DNA of 64,000 nucleotides from NCBI GenBank assembly GCA_965213625.1, contig CBDBZU010000004.1:1344001-1408000 (forward strand), in the 5' to 3' direction. The notes beneath the pieces were generated by a model. It worked only from the letters and a program-made list of their open reading frames with translations. It was not told the origin of the DNA and did no database searches. Shown piece by piece: positions 8,746 through 17,630 of the stretch (within the stretch, counting starts at the first letter, position 1; each line of letters starts with the position of its first letter). A program made the translations under genes and the position numbers. Source of the DNA: a bacterium (lineage in GTDB: Bacteria; UBA8248).

Positions 8746-9771
8746 CTAATCCGGCTTGCGGGCGAGTATGAAATACATCGGGCTGAAGATGCCGAGCCGA
8801 CCGGCTTCGGCCATGGCGACGGCAGTACGGTTCAGCAGGCTCGAAACATGGGTCGTCCCGTGAGGCACGATTCTCAAGCGTTCGAGTAGCCATAGCATAT
8901 TGTGGGTCAATCGGCGTCCGACTGCCGAGGCGCGGAAGGTGGTGAAGGAAAGGCCGGAGCCGACAAGCGGCTGGTACCAGGGGATGCCGGGCGGTGCGTC
9001 GGCCTCCATGTCGCGCGCTTCGAGCAGTTCGAAGCCGACCTGTCGCAGAGCGTCGTCGACTTCGTGTGGCCGGGCGATATTCGGCATGGCGTTGCCATAT
9101 TCTACATCGGCTTTGATCTGCCGATGATCGGAATTTTCAGCGTCGAACCTATCGGTCATACACCATTCGTATGCCGCGAGAAATTTCCCGGGCTTGAGCA
9201 AGCGGAAAGCTTCGCCATATATAGCGACTTTATTGGGTGCACAGCAGGTCGACTCGACGGAGTAAATCGCGTCGAAGTAGTTGTCCGGCGCGTCGACATC
9301 CATGAAATCGCATTTCAGATATTCGGCCAGATGGCTCAGATGTTCGGCTTCAGTCAGCTCTGCGGCGCGCTTCAACTGGTATGCGTTGTTATTAACGCCG
9401 ACGATTTTTGCGCCGGAAAAGCGGGCGATCTCGCACAATGGACCGCCGACGCCGCAACCCAGATCGGCTACCACCATACCGGGCCGTAGGCCCAGCCTGT
9501 GGGCGATGTAATGTTCATGGCGCGCGAGCGAAGCGGCGAAGCCCTCCCCATCGTAACGCGGCGCGAAGTGAAAGGACTTGCCCCAGCCATACTCAAATAA
9601 GTCTGTAACCAGATCGTAATAAGTGTTCTCGTAATTCTGGTAGTCGGCCTTGCGCTCATTCCGGCCGTCGCTCTCCATGTCGCTGAAGCGGCGCTCCCAC
9701 TCCTGGATGCGCGAGGCGACGTCGTCGCCGGATTTCGCGTCTTTCAGTATCTCCGTGAGCTTGGGCTTCAC
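8746..9771 (-). CDS. Sterol 24-C-methyltransferase-like protein (SMT-B)
   Basis: YYDLVTDLFEYGWGKSFHFAPR, DLGCGVGGP, LKPGKFLAAYEW, GIFSPMYFILARKP; GTG start overlaps the MMPL stop (GTGA). Confidence 0.9.
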   Translation of the reverse strand: MKPKLTEILKDAKSGDDVASRIQEWERRFSDMESDGRNERKADYQNYENTYYDLVTDLFEYGWGKSFHFAPRYDGEGFAASLARHEHYIAHRLGLRPGMVVADLGCGVGGPLCEIARFSGAKIVGVNNNAYQLKRAAELTEAEHLSHLAEYLKCDFMDVDAPDNYFDAIYSVESTCCAPNKVAIYGEAFRLLKPGKFLAAYEWCMTDRFDAENSDHRQIKADVEYGNAMPNIARPHEVDDALRQVGFELLEARDMEADAPPGIPWYQPLVGSGLSFTTFRASAVGRRLTHNMLWLLERLRIVPHGTTHVSSLLNRTAVAMAEAGRLGIFSPMYFILARKPD

Positions 9772-12063
9772 CGCAAGTCCATACGGTCAAGGACCATCAA
9801 CAGGGGCGGGAGGAGCAGGAGGTCCAGGAACAGCGCGAAGCCGAGCGTAAGCGCAACCAGGAGGCCGAGCATCCAACTGATCGCGAATCCCGACAAAGCG
9901 AACACCAGGAAGCCCAGCACCAGCATCATGGTCGTGGTGAACAGCGCAAAGCCTACCGAACGGAAGGAATAGCGCACCGCCTCGATCGATGAAAGACCCT
10001 CCTCGCGACGTCCCTTCAGATACTTGCTCATGAAATGAATCGTGTCGTCGACGACGGTGCCGAAGGCGATTGCGGTCACGAGGGACCCGGCGGGCCCCAC
10101 CTCGACGTACAGATAACCCCAGACGCCGAAGGCCATGGCCGCGGGGATGAGGTTGGGCACGAGGCTGACGAGGCCTAAGCGCAGGCTCTTGAAAATCCCG
10201 ATCAGGATCAGCGAAATGAGGATCATGCCCGTGAGCGTGCCCCATAACATGCTCAAGGTGTTCCGTAAGGCCAGGTGGGCGAAAATGAGGCTGTACCCCG
10301 ATGCTTCGCTCGCGAGTTTGGGCGCGTTGGCGCGGAGCCAGTCCTGCCCACGCGCTTCGAGCGCGCGCAGTTCCTCGGACTTCAGTCTTTTGACCGTCAC
10401 GGTCATGCGTGTTGCGGATTTGGCGATGTTGATGCGGTTGTTGAGGTCCATGCCAAAGGGAACCGAAAGCTCGTAGAGCAGCAGGTACTGCGCGGCGAGC
10501 CGGGAGTTTTCGGGCAGCCGGTGGAAGGCCGGCTTGTCGCCGTTCATGTTCTTGTTGAGGCGCTTCATGATGTCCGTAAATACCTGCACGTGCGCGACTT
10601 CCGGCTGGGCGCGGTACCACTTGGCGAATGCTTCGACTTTGCCCAGATACTTGGGATCGGTGATGCCGCCATCGCGCCCCGAGTTCAGGGAGTACTCCAG
10701 GGTTTCCACGCCGGTCAGGTTCTCGATGACGAAGTCCGTGTCGCGCCGGAATTCGTAACGCTCATCGAGGTGCTGCGTCCAGTTGTCCGTCAACTCGACG
10801 CGGGGCACGCCGGCCACGAGCGCGATCGCGACGGCGGCCACGGACCAGAGCAGGAGCGTGCGGCGCGCGACGACGAAGGCGCCGAGGCGATCGAAGAGGT
10901 TGGAACCCCCGGCGCGTACGGCAGGCGCGCGCAACGGCAGGACCGACATCAGCGCCGGCAGAAGCGTCATGGAATAGACGTAGGCGCAGAACATGCCGAA
11001 CGCCACCAGGTTGCCGAGGATCCGGAATGGCGGAGAATCCGAGGCGTTCATGCTGAGGAAGCCGATAATCGTCGTGGCCGTCGTCAGGAACACCGGCCAG
11101 GCATTGTCGCGCAGCGATTCGGCAATTGCCGCGTCCCTGTCCAGGCCACTCCTCATACTTGAAATGATCGACTCGACGACGTGGACCGAGTGCGCGATGG
11201 CGAGCGTCATGATGATGAGGGGAACGCCGGAATTGGCGGCGTTGAGCACCAGGCCTATCCAGCCGATGACGCCCATGGTCGAGATGACGGTGAAGATGAT
11301 CACGGCGATGAGAGACAGCGTGCCGAACAGAGAGCGCAGAAGGATGGCGGCGACGAAGACGATGACGAAGAATGCGGCGGGCGCGAGTATCCCCATATCG
11401 TCCTGGGCCGCTTCGGTTAGAACCTGGTTCACGAAGACGTTGCCGGTTACGTGATATTGGATATCGGGATGCTTCGCCCGGGCTTTGGCCAGGAGTCCGC
11501 GGATATGGTGGTAAATCCGGATTTCCGCGGCGTCCGAACGCTCGGGCAAGGCGAAACTGATGACCAGCCCGGCAACGCGTCCGTCGCGGGAGACGAGACG
11601 GTCCACGATGCTGCTCTCGCTTAACGCAATCTTCTTTATCCGCGCGATATCGTCGTCGCCGAGCGACCCCGCGTCGTCGACGAGGCGCTCGACGATCAAG
11701 TCGTCCTCTTCCGCCTCTGTGTGGTTATAGTTCGTAATCGAGTCGACCCGTGTGGCCCTGGGCACGCGCCAGGCGGCTTCGGTCAACTCCTCGACGGCGC
11801 CGAGCGCCTCCCGCGTGAACACCGACCCCCCCTTTGGGCGCGACGGCGATCACCGCCGCATTGGTCGCTGAATAGGTAGCCTCCATGGCGTCGAATGCCA
11901 CGAGTTGGGGGTTGCCCACGTCCAGCATGTCGCGCCAGTCGTTGGAGATGACGATTGTGCGGAGGCCGACTGCCAGAATCAGCATGACCGCTACGCTCGC
12001 CGCGAGGACCAGCCATCTGCGGCGCAGCATGAACGTGATGTAGCGGTTCAGAGTTGCGGACAT
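9768..12063 (-). pseudogene. MMPL/RND (COG1033-type) lipid transporter, frameshifted in a G7 run
   Basis: ORFs 11725-12063 and 9768-11822 join into a full-length paralog of 20459 and 24394 if one C of the run 11826-11832 is removed (restores KGGSVFTREAL). Confidence 0.85.
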
Positions 12064-12408
12064 CTTTGCCTCTCTGTTCAGCGGCTCTTAGCCGCGGGAA
12101 ACCCGCCGGTTCCATGGGCGGTTGTTTACTTGATACGAATCCCGATCACCGCAATGCGAGTTGCGCGGTGAAAGTCCATGACGCTCGGGCCGCCACAACA
12201 GTGAGCCAAGTGGGGCCATTATGGCCAAGCGGAACGATGGGTTCAAGTTTTTTTTGTTTTGTATCGAGCATCTGGGAGACCCGTAAATCTGCCGCGTCCT
12301 TGGCGTCTTAAAAAAAACTTGACAAAGGAAAGAGCGTCTTTGAGTATAGCAGAACGGGTTCCTTGAGGCGGGTTGGCCCCATTTCGAACAACACGGTCGG
12401 GCCTGTAA

Positions 12409-13928
12409 GGGTCTGTTGAAAAACCCGGTGTTGGAAGCGGGCGTTTTGGCGGCTCACGCGGCGGCGGGGAGGCAGCCCAATCGGCGCGTGAGGGCGCCAT
12501 GTGCGCGCAGCCGGCGTCTCCGGGCGGCACAGGCCGTCCACAAGGCGAATATACGCGCCGCAAAAGCGGCGGCCAGCCGCTTGAGGTTCACCGCTATCGC
12601 CGTCAGGTAGGACTGGATCCGCATGTTCGCAAGGCCCCGGCGCACCGCCCGCCCCAGTCCGTGCCGGCTCTTCGCCTCGCCGTGGTAGCCCTCCGAGCGC
12701 CAACGGTGGCGGCCATAGAGACGCTTCTCCTCCTCCCCCCAGCGCGCATGCCGCCGACGCGCGCGCAACAGCGCCGGATACGCGTGCGGAATCAACACCG
12801 TCCTGCTCGTGCGCGACTTCGACAGACAATCGGGCCTGAGCGCGCAGCCCGCGCAATCCCGCGTCTTCGATACATAGGAGCGCCCCCGCTCCGTCGCCTG
12901 CCGGGGGCGCAGCGTCTTGCCTCCCGGACACTTCACCACCTCGTTGCGCGCGTCGTAGTGGAACAACTGCAGCGGAACACGGCTCTGGCTGGGTTCCTTC
13001 TTCGCTGGTATCAGCGCTTCCACGCCCCGCCGCTCCAATTCGCCGTAAACCTTCGAGTACGCGTACCCCGAATCCGCCGTCACCATCTCCGGCGTGCGGC
13101 CCGACAACTCGCTTACCGCCTCTATATGGGACGCCATCATCTCACGCTCGTTCCGCGTCCCCTCCGTCACTGACACGTCGAGAACAACACCCCGCTCATC
13201 GTCCACCGCCGCGTGCTGCTTGTAGCTCGGCTCGAACCCCGCCCGCGCGCTCTTGCGCGCAAGCCGCGCGTCCGGGTCCGTCCGGCTCACCGGACCCCCG
13301 CCACCGCGGCCTCCTCCCTTCTTCCCGACCTCATCATCGACGGGATTCTCCTGAATCACCTTCTCCGCGTGGTGCGCCGCCAGGCTCTCCCAGCTCACGT
13401 CCGCGCGTATCAACGAGGCGTCCACGTGCACCACTTCCCCCTTCGCCACATTCGCCTCCAGGCAAGCCTGCACCGTGCGACGGAATATCTCCTTGAACCG
13501 TGCCTCCCCCCAGCGCTGACGTATCCGCGTCAGGCTCGAATGATGCGGCAACTCCTCGTGCAGCCCGTACCCGATGAACCACCGGATCGCCAGGTGCGCA
13601 CGCGCCTCGCGAAGCAGGCGACGGTCGTGAACGTAGCCCAGCAACATACCCGCCAGCATCAAGCGGAGCGCCACCTCCGGGTCGATCCCCGGACGACCGT
13701 TATCCGCGCAATAGCAATCCGCCACCTCCTCCCGTAGCCAGCTCAAATCCAGTACGTGGTCCACGCGCATCAGGACGTGATCCTCGGGGATCAGCCGTTC
13801 CAGCGAACCGGCCACGAACAAATCCATCTGCTCGCGCCTCTTGCTGCCTATCATCGAGGGAACTCCCATCTCGGGCGAGATAGTGTCATTACACCCAATC
13901 ACAATGCCGGGGCTTTTTCAACAGCCCC
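12409..13928 (-). mobile_element. IS1182-family insertion sequence
   Basis: Imperfect terminal IRs GGGTCTGTTGAAAAACCCGG (12409-12428) and CCGGGGCTTTTTCAACAGCCCC (13907-13928); flanking 5-bp direct repeat TGTAA (12404-12408, 13929-13933). Confidence 0.85.
12454..13902 (-). CDS. IS1182-family DDE transposase (true start probably slightly downstream)
   Basis: DUF772-like N-terminus (LIPEDH, GRPGIDPE, HSSLTRIRQR); DDE motifs HVDASLI and ADSGY; C-terminal CxxCxxRxxC and NLKRL. Confidence 0.9.
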   Translation of the reverse strand: MIGCNDTISPEMGVPSMIGSKRREQMDLFVAGSLERLIPEDHVLMRVDHVLDLSWLREEVADCYCADNGRPGIDPEVALRLMLAGMLLGYVHDRRLLREARAHLAIRWFIGYGLHEELPHHSSLTRIRQRWGEARFKEIFRRTVQACLEANVAKGEVVHVDASLIRADVSWESLAAHHAEKVIQENPVDDEVGKKGGGRGGGGPVSRTDPDARLARKSARAGFEPSYKQHAAVDDERGVVLDVSVTEGTRNEREMMASHIEAVSELSGRTPEMVTADSGYAYSKVYGELERRGVEALIPAKKEPSQSRVPLQLFHYDARNEVVKCPGGKTLRPRQATERGRSYVSKTRDCAGCALRPDCLSKSRTSRTVLIPHAYPALLRARRRHARWGEEEKRLYGRHRWRSEGYHGEAKSRHGLGRAVRRGLANMRIQSYLTAIAVNLKRLAAAFAARIFALWTACAARRRRLRAHGALTRRLGCLPAAA

Positions 13929-14046
13929 TGTAAGGCTGGCTTACGACTGCTTTGATGATGTTCGAGGCGGGGAAGTCACAGAATCGCATCGTTCTTTGAG
14001 CGATTACATAGATATATTCGAGTCGACCTGAAAACGAGGAGCCGTC

Positions 14047-14970
14047 ATGAGACTGATTTCACACCGTAATAACACTTGTAATCGAATAGTCGTCGTGGCG
14101 GCCGCCCTTGCCGTCTTCCTTCTGGCGGCGTTCGCACCCGATGCGCGCGCCGCAGATTCGGGCGCGGATTCGAGATGGTACTTCGGCTTGAACGTGCCCG
14201 TCATGTTCATCGACGACTCGGACAGCGTCGAGACCGGGGAAGCCGTAAGGGCAGGGGCCCCCCTGCCAGTCCCGTACAGGGCGAACGCCGTCACGGAATA
14301 CGCTACGGGGTTCCGGGTCAGCGGCGTGGTGGGCCGTGAATTCGCCTCGGGCCTGCGCATCGACGGCGAACTGTTCTTCGCCAAGGCCGAGGTCGACAAG
14401 CTGATCTACAAAGGACGGACGACGACCGTTCCGGTACTAGGCACTATAGATGTACCGGGCGACCATTCCATCCCCGTGTCCGGCTCGGCGACCCAGGTGG
14501 GCGCCATGGTGAACCTCTGGTACGACTTCAATCCCGGCTCCAAATGGAGGCCCTACGTCGGCGGCGGCTTCGGCTTCGTCCGGGTCGACTGGGGCAACGT
14601 GAAGTATAACCGCAACGAGGTCGCGCAAGGGGCCGCGAACCAGCTTGCGCTCATCGGCGCATGCGCGCGGCTGATGCAGCCACCGGGCTGCGCTCTGCCT
14701 CCTCAGGTCGAACAAGGGGTAATCAGCCAGGCCACCCTGCCTCCGGGGACCGTGCCCGAGCTTTCCGAAACCGATACGGTGGCCGCCTTTCAATTCGGCG
14801 CGGGAGTGGGCTACCAGTATTCCGACGCCCTCACCATCCAGTTGGGCTACCGCATGCTGAAAGCCGGCGACCTGGAGTTCAGCGGCGGCAGCGCCATGGG
14901 TTCAAATGCCACGGCGACGACCGAAATGCTGGTTCATCTCTTCGAGATAGGTTTGCGCTATCGGTTCTAG
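14047..14970 (+). CDS. OmpA/OmpW/opacity-like small outer-membrane beta-barrel with long loop insertion
   Basis: Signal peptide; MVNLWYDF, PYVGGGFG, FQFGAGVGY; C-terminal IGLRYRF. Confidence 0.8.
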   Translation: MRLISHRNNTCNRIVVVAAALAVFLLAAFAPDARAADSGADSRWYFGLNVPVMFIDDSDSVETGEAVRAGAPLPVPYRANAVTEYATGFRVSGVVGREFASGLRIDGELFFAKAEVDKLIYKGRTTTVPVLGTIDVPGDHSIPVSGSATQVGAMVNLWYDFNPGSKWRPYVGGGFGFVRVDWGNVKYNRNEVAQGAANQLALIGACARLMQPPGCALPPQVEQGVISQATLPPGTVPELSETDTVAAFQFGAGVGYQYSDALTIQLGYRMLKAGDLEFSGGSAMGSNATATTEMLVHLFEIGLRYRF

Positions 14971-15102
14971 GCGCCGTGTGGACCCTGAGCGTCCCTCCGG
15001 GACGAGGAACGGGGTTGGGCGCACCTCATGCGGTTGCCGGCCGGGCATGAGGCCGGCCGTACCCGCAGACGAAGCCGCGGCCGTTGAACCAGGAAATGGC
15101 GG

Positions 15103-16140
15103 ATGCCGATGAAAACCGGCCAACAAGAGATCAAGGAACCACGCGCGCTTTATCCGTTTCCGGAAGGCTGGTACTTCGTCGCCACCCGAAAGACGATAGA
15201 AAAGAAGAAGCTGATCCAGAGAACCAGGATGGGCGAGCGAATCGTCGTCTGGTGCGACGATGAGGGGCGCATCTGCGTGGCCGAGGACCTCTGCCCGCAC
15301 CTGGGCTCCGAACTCGGTCCCGAGGTCGGCGGTATGGTGCGAAACGGCTGCCTCGTCTGTCCCTTTCACGGGTTCGAATACGACGCCACCGGGCAATGCG
15401 TCAAGACGCCCTACGCGCCCGCGCCCCGGACCGCCAGGCTGAACGTGTTCGAGACGCGCGAGATTCTGGGCCTCGTATTCGCTTGGTGGGGGGTGGGCGG
15501 ACGTCCGCCGCAATGGCGCCTGCCGGAGGAGCCGGGTGGTGACGACTGGAGCGACCTCGAAACCTGGAGCGTCAGGTTCACGGGGCATCCCCAGGAGACT
15601 ACCGAGAACTCCGTCGACGACGGACACCTGCGCTACGTGCACGGCTTCGGCAGCGTGAACCGGGTCGGAACCATCGAGGTGGACGGCTCCTACCTCAAGA
15701 GTTGCTTCGACTTCACGCCAAGCCAGACTTTCGCCGGGATCAATATATACACATACGACGTTTCCACGATCACCCACGTGCACGGGCTGGGCTATTCGTT
15801 CGTCGAGGTCCAGGAGCACGGCATCGGCATGGAAACGCGCCTGTGGGTGCTTGCGACGCCGGTCGACGGCGACCTGCTCGAAATGGTGCTGGTCAGCCAG
15901 GTGAAGCGAATGCGCAAGCCGAAGCGTGCGATCATCGGCATGCGTTTCCTGCCCGTCGGCCTGCGCACCTGGCTCATGAACAAGATCATCATATCGGCCC
16001 AGAAACGCGACGTGTTGTCGGACGTCGTCATATGGGACCGGAAACAGTATATTCCCCGCCCCCGCCTGTGCAGCTCGGACGGGGAGATTGGAACCTTCCG
16101 GCGCTATTGCGAGCAATTCTATCCGGAGCATACGGATTGA
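15103..16140 (+). CDS. Rieske [2Fe-2S] oxygenase, Neverland/DAF-36 (cholesterol 7-desaturase) or KshA-like
   Basis: CPHLG...CPFHG Rieske motif; ENSVDDGHLRYVHG mononuclear iron motif; N-terminal FPEGWY; C-terminal DVVIWDRKQY...LCSSDGEIGTFRRYCEQFY. Confidence 0.85.
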   Translation: MPMKTGQQEIKEPRALYPFPEGWYFVATRKTIEKKKLIQRTRMGERIVVWCDDEGRICVAEDLCPHLGSELGPEVGGMVRNGCLVCPFHGFEYDATGQCVKTPYAPAPRTARLNVFETREILGLVFAWWGVGGRPPQWRLPEEPGGDDWSDLETWSVRFTGHPQETTENSVDDGHLRYVHGFGSVNRVGTIEVDGSYLKSCFDFTPSQTFAGINIYTYDVSTITHVHGLGYSFVEVQEHGIGMETRLWVLATPVDGDLLEMVLVSQVKRMRKPKRAIIGMRFLPVGLRTWLMNKIIISAQKRDVLSDVVIWDRKQYIPRPRLCSSDGEIGTFRRYCEQFYPEHTD

Positions 16141-16231
16141 GTCCGGAAGAGCGAGGCCGCCGGGTGAGACGTCCACGCCATCGCCCGCGCGGGTTTCGCC
16201 GCAGACGAAGAGGGAAGGGATACGCCACGCC

Positions 16232-17266
16232 ATGGATATAGGCAAGCTATCGAAAGAACTCAAGGATGCCTACCAGGAGGGGAACGTCACCCGTCGCGTG
16301 CAGGAATTCGAGGACTGGATCGACCGGGCGACGGCGGAGACCGACGGCGCGAGCGGGTACGACCACACCGAAACGGTGAAGGCCTACTACGACCTCTGCA
16401 GCGGTTTCATGGTGTGGGGTTGGGGCGAATCCCTGCACTTCGCGCCCCTCACGCCGCATGAGAGCCTGGAGGACTCCAAAGTCCGGCATCAGCGGTGGAT
16501 GATCGACAAGCTGGAACTGGAAGAGGGCATGACGGTGGTCGACGTCGGTTGCGGCATCGGCGGCCCGATGCGCCGCGTCGTCCGTGAGGCCGGCGTGCGG
16601 GTCGTCGGGATCAACATCAACAAAATCCAGTTGGAAAGGGCGAAGAGGCTGAACGCCGAGGCGGGGCTGGACAACATGATCGATTTCGAGGCGTGCAGCT
16701 TCATGGATATGAGCGCCATCGAGAACGAAACGTTCGACCGGGGCTACGCCATCGAGTCGACGTGCCATGCGCCGGACAAGCAACGCGCGTTCGCGGAGAT
16801 ATACCGCGTGCTGAAACCCGGCGCCCTGTTCTGGGGTCAGGAGATGTGCCTGACGGACAAGTACGACCCGAACGACAGCCGGCATCAGGCCATCAAGCGC
16901 GAACTCATGCGCGGCATCGCGCTGAAAGACGTCGCGACGTTCGGGGAAGTGAACCAGGCGCTCGAAGCGGCGGGATTCCACGTCATCGAGGGAATGGACC
17001 GGGACGTCCAGGAGGGACCGTCCACGCCATGGTATCAACCCATGGAGAGCCGGCACGGGACGTTGGGCAACGCCTTGCGCAGGCTACCGCAGGGCCGCAA
17101 AGCGTTCCTCGCGGGATCGAAGCTGGCCGAGGTGGTTCGGCTGTTTCCAAAAGGCTCCGCGGAAGTCGTCCGGCTCCTGGACCGGACGGCGGACGCCTAT
17201 GTCGCGGGCGGCAAATCGGGTATCTTCACGCCGCTGTACTGTTTCCTGGCGCGCAAACCCCTTTAG
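16232..17266 (+). CDS. Divergent sterol C-methyltransferase-like protein (SMT-C)
   Basis: YYDLCSGFMVWGWGESLHFAP, DVGCGIGGP, YAIESTCHAP, GIFTPLYCFLARKP; start re-called to ATG 16232. Confidence 0.85.
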   Translation: MDIGKLSKELKDAYQEGNVTRRVQEFEDWIDRATAETDGASGYDHTETVKAYYDLCSGFMVWGWGESLHFAPLTPHESLEDSKVRHQRWMIDKLELEEGMTVVDVGCGIGGPMRRVVREAGVRVVGININKIQLERAKRLNAEAGLDNMIDFEACSFMDMSAIENETFDRGYAIESTCHAPDKQRAFAEIYRVLKPGALFWGQEMCLTDKYDPNDSRHQAIKRELMRGIALKDVATFGEVNQALEAAGFHVIEGMDRDVQEGPSTPWYQPMESRHGTLGNALRRLPQGRKAFLAGSKLAEVVRLFPKGSAEVVRLLDRTADAYVAGGKSGIFTPLYCFLARKPL

Positions 17267-17630
17267 CCCCGACTAGCGCCGCGCCCGCCGCTCCACGCTG
17301 GCGGCTACTCAGGGTGAGGTCGATTAAGTAGCCAAAAATGACGAGGGGTACGCGCTCGCTACCAGAACCGGGTTTTTCAACAACCCCTTGCCAGGGGGGC
17401 TTATTCACCATCCCCAAGGAGGGGGGGATTGCGCGCCCCTCCCCTGAAAGCGCACGTCGAGAATCGATCCCGCCCGTTCGGGAAAGGCTGGTTCCGACCA
17501 GACGATAAGATGAGATGCCCGGTAACGCCGACCCCTCGATTTCGTGGACAAACGATGCACGAGCATGTAGATTGACGGCTCTTTCAACGACTTTACTCTT
17601 TCGCGGTTCTCTTATCATTTGGAGTATGCC

